64,000 nt of DNA from Eledone cirrhosa. Taxonomy: Eukaryota. Location of the stretch: positions 69,440,001-69,504,000 of the forward strand of contig OZ024742.1 in NCBI GenBank assembly GCA_964016885.1, in the 5' to 3' direction. The notes below the pieces were generated by a model, which had not been told where the DNA came from, did not search any database, and worked only from the letters and a program-made list of their open reading frames with translations. Both the position numbers and the translations under genes were made by a program. Shown piece by piece: positions 63,834 through 64,000 of the stretch. Each line of letters opens with the position of its first letter. The first letter of the stretch is position 1.

Positions 63834-64000
63834 TCCTTGAATCTCAGTCATTGATGTTGGTTAACTGGAAAGTCCGTTGGATTGAATATCAAGCCACTAC
63901 CTGCAGCCTCAAATATTCAGGACGTATCGGAGGGTTCTTGCTGTTCCAAGCAAGCATGCCTTTTGAAGCGTTCCAAAAAGCGTGAAGGGGCCGATTTTCT
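63834..64000 (-). mobile_element. 3' end of R4/Dong-type LINE in (TAA)n
   Basis: QKACLLGTARTLRYVLN C-terminus and 3' UTR matching 5286-5420; abuts (ATT)n at 63802-63833. Confidence 0.85.

Overview
Repeat-dense animal genomic DNA. The repeat content (tRNA-headed SINE with a TTGCCTTTCATCC..GGTCGATAAAATAAAGTACCAG body, RTE, R4/Dong and Penelope LINEs, abundant microsatellites) suggests an octopus or other coleoid mollusc, but that is inference. Most of the window is nested mobile elements: several L1/Tx1-type LINEs, R4/Dong-type RLE LINEs, RTE LINEs and their bipartite non-autonomous derivatives, a Penelope relic, a Phantom-type MULE, a head-to-tail Helitron pair and SINEs. The one host locus is on the minus strand: an intact 4-exon gustatory-receptor-like (GRL / 7tm_7) gene of 447 aa (22290-21208, 16801-16730, 16491-16405, 15694-15593). 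Its three small 3' exons were found by reading the sequence and are not delimited as exons in the ORF track. Two more copies of only the large first exon lie upstream (about 41-42 kb, disabled; about 50 kb, fragment), and I saw no second set of small 3' exons. This hints at a variable-exon / shared-constant-exon receptor locus like insect Gr28b and Gr39a. All calls were made by eye, and TE boundaries are approximate unless a terminal motif is quoted.
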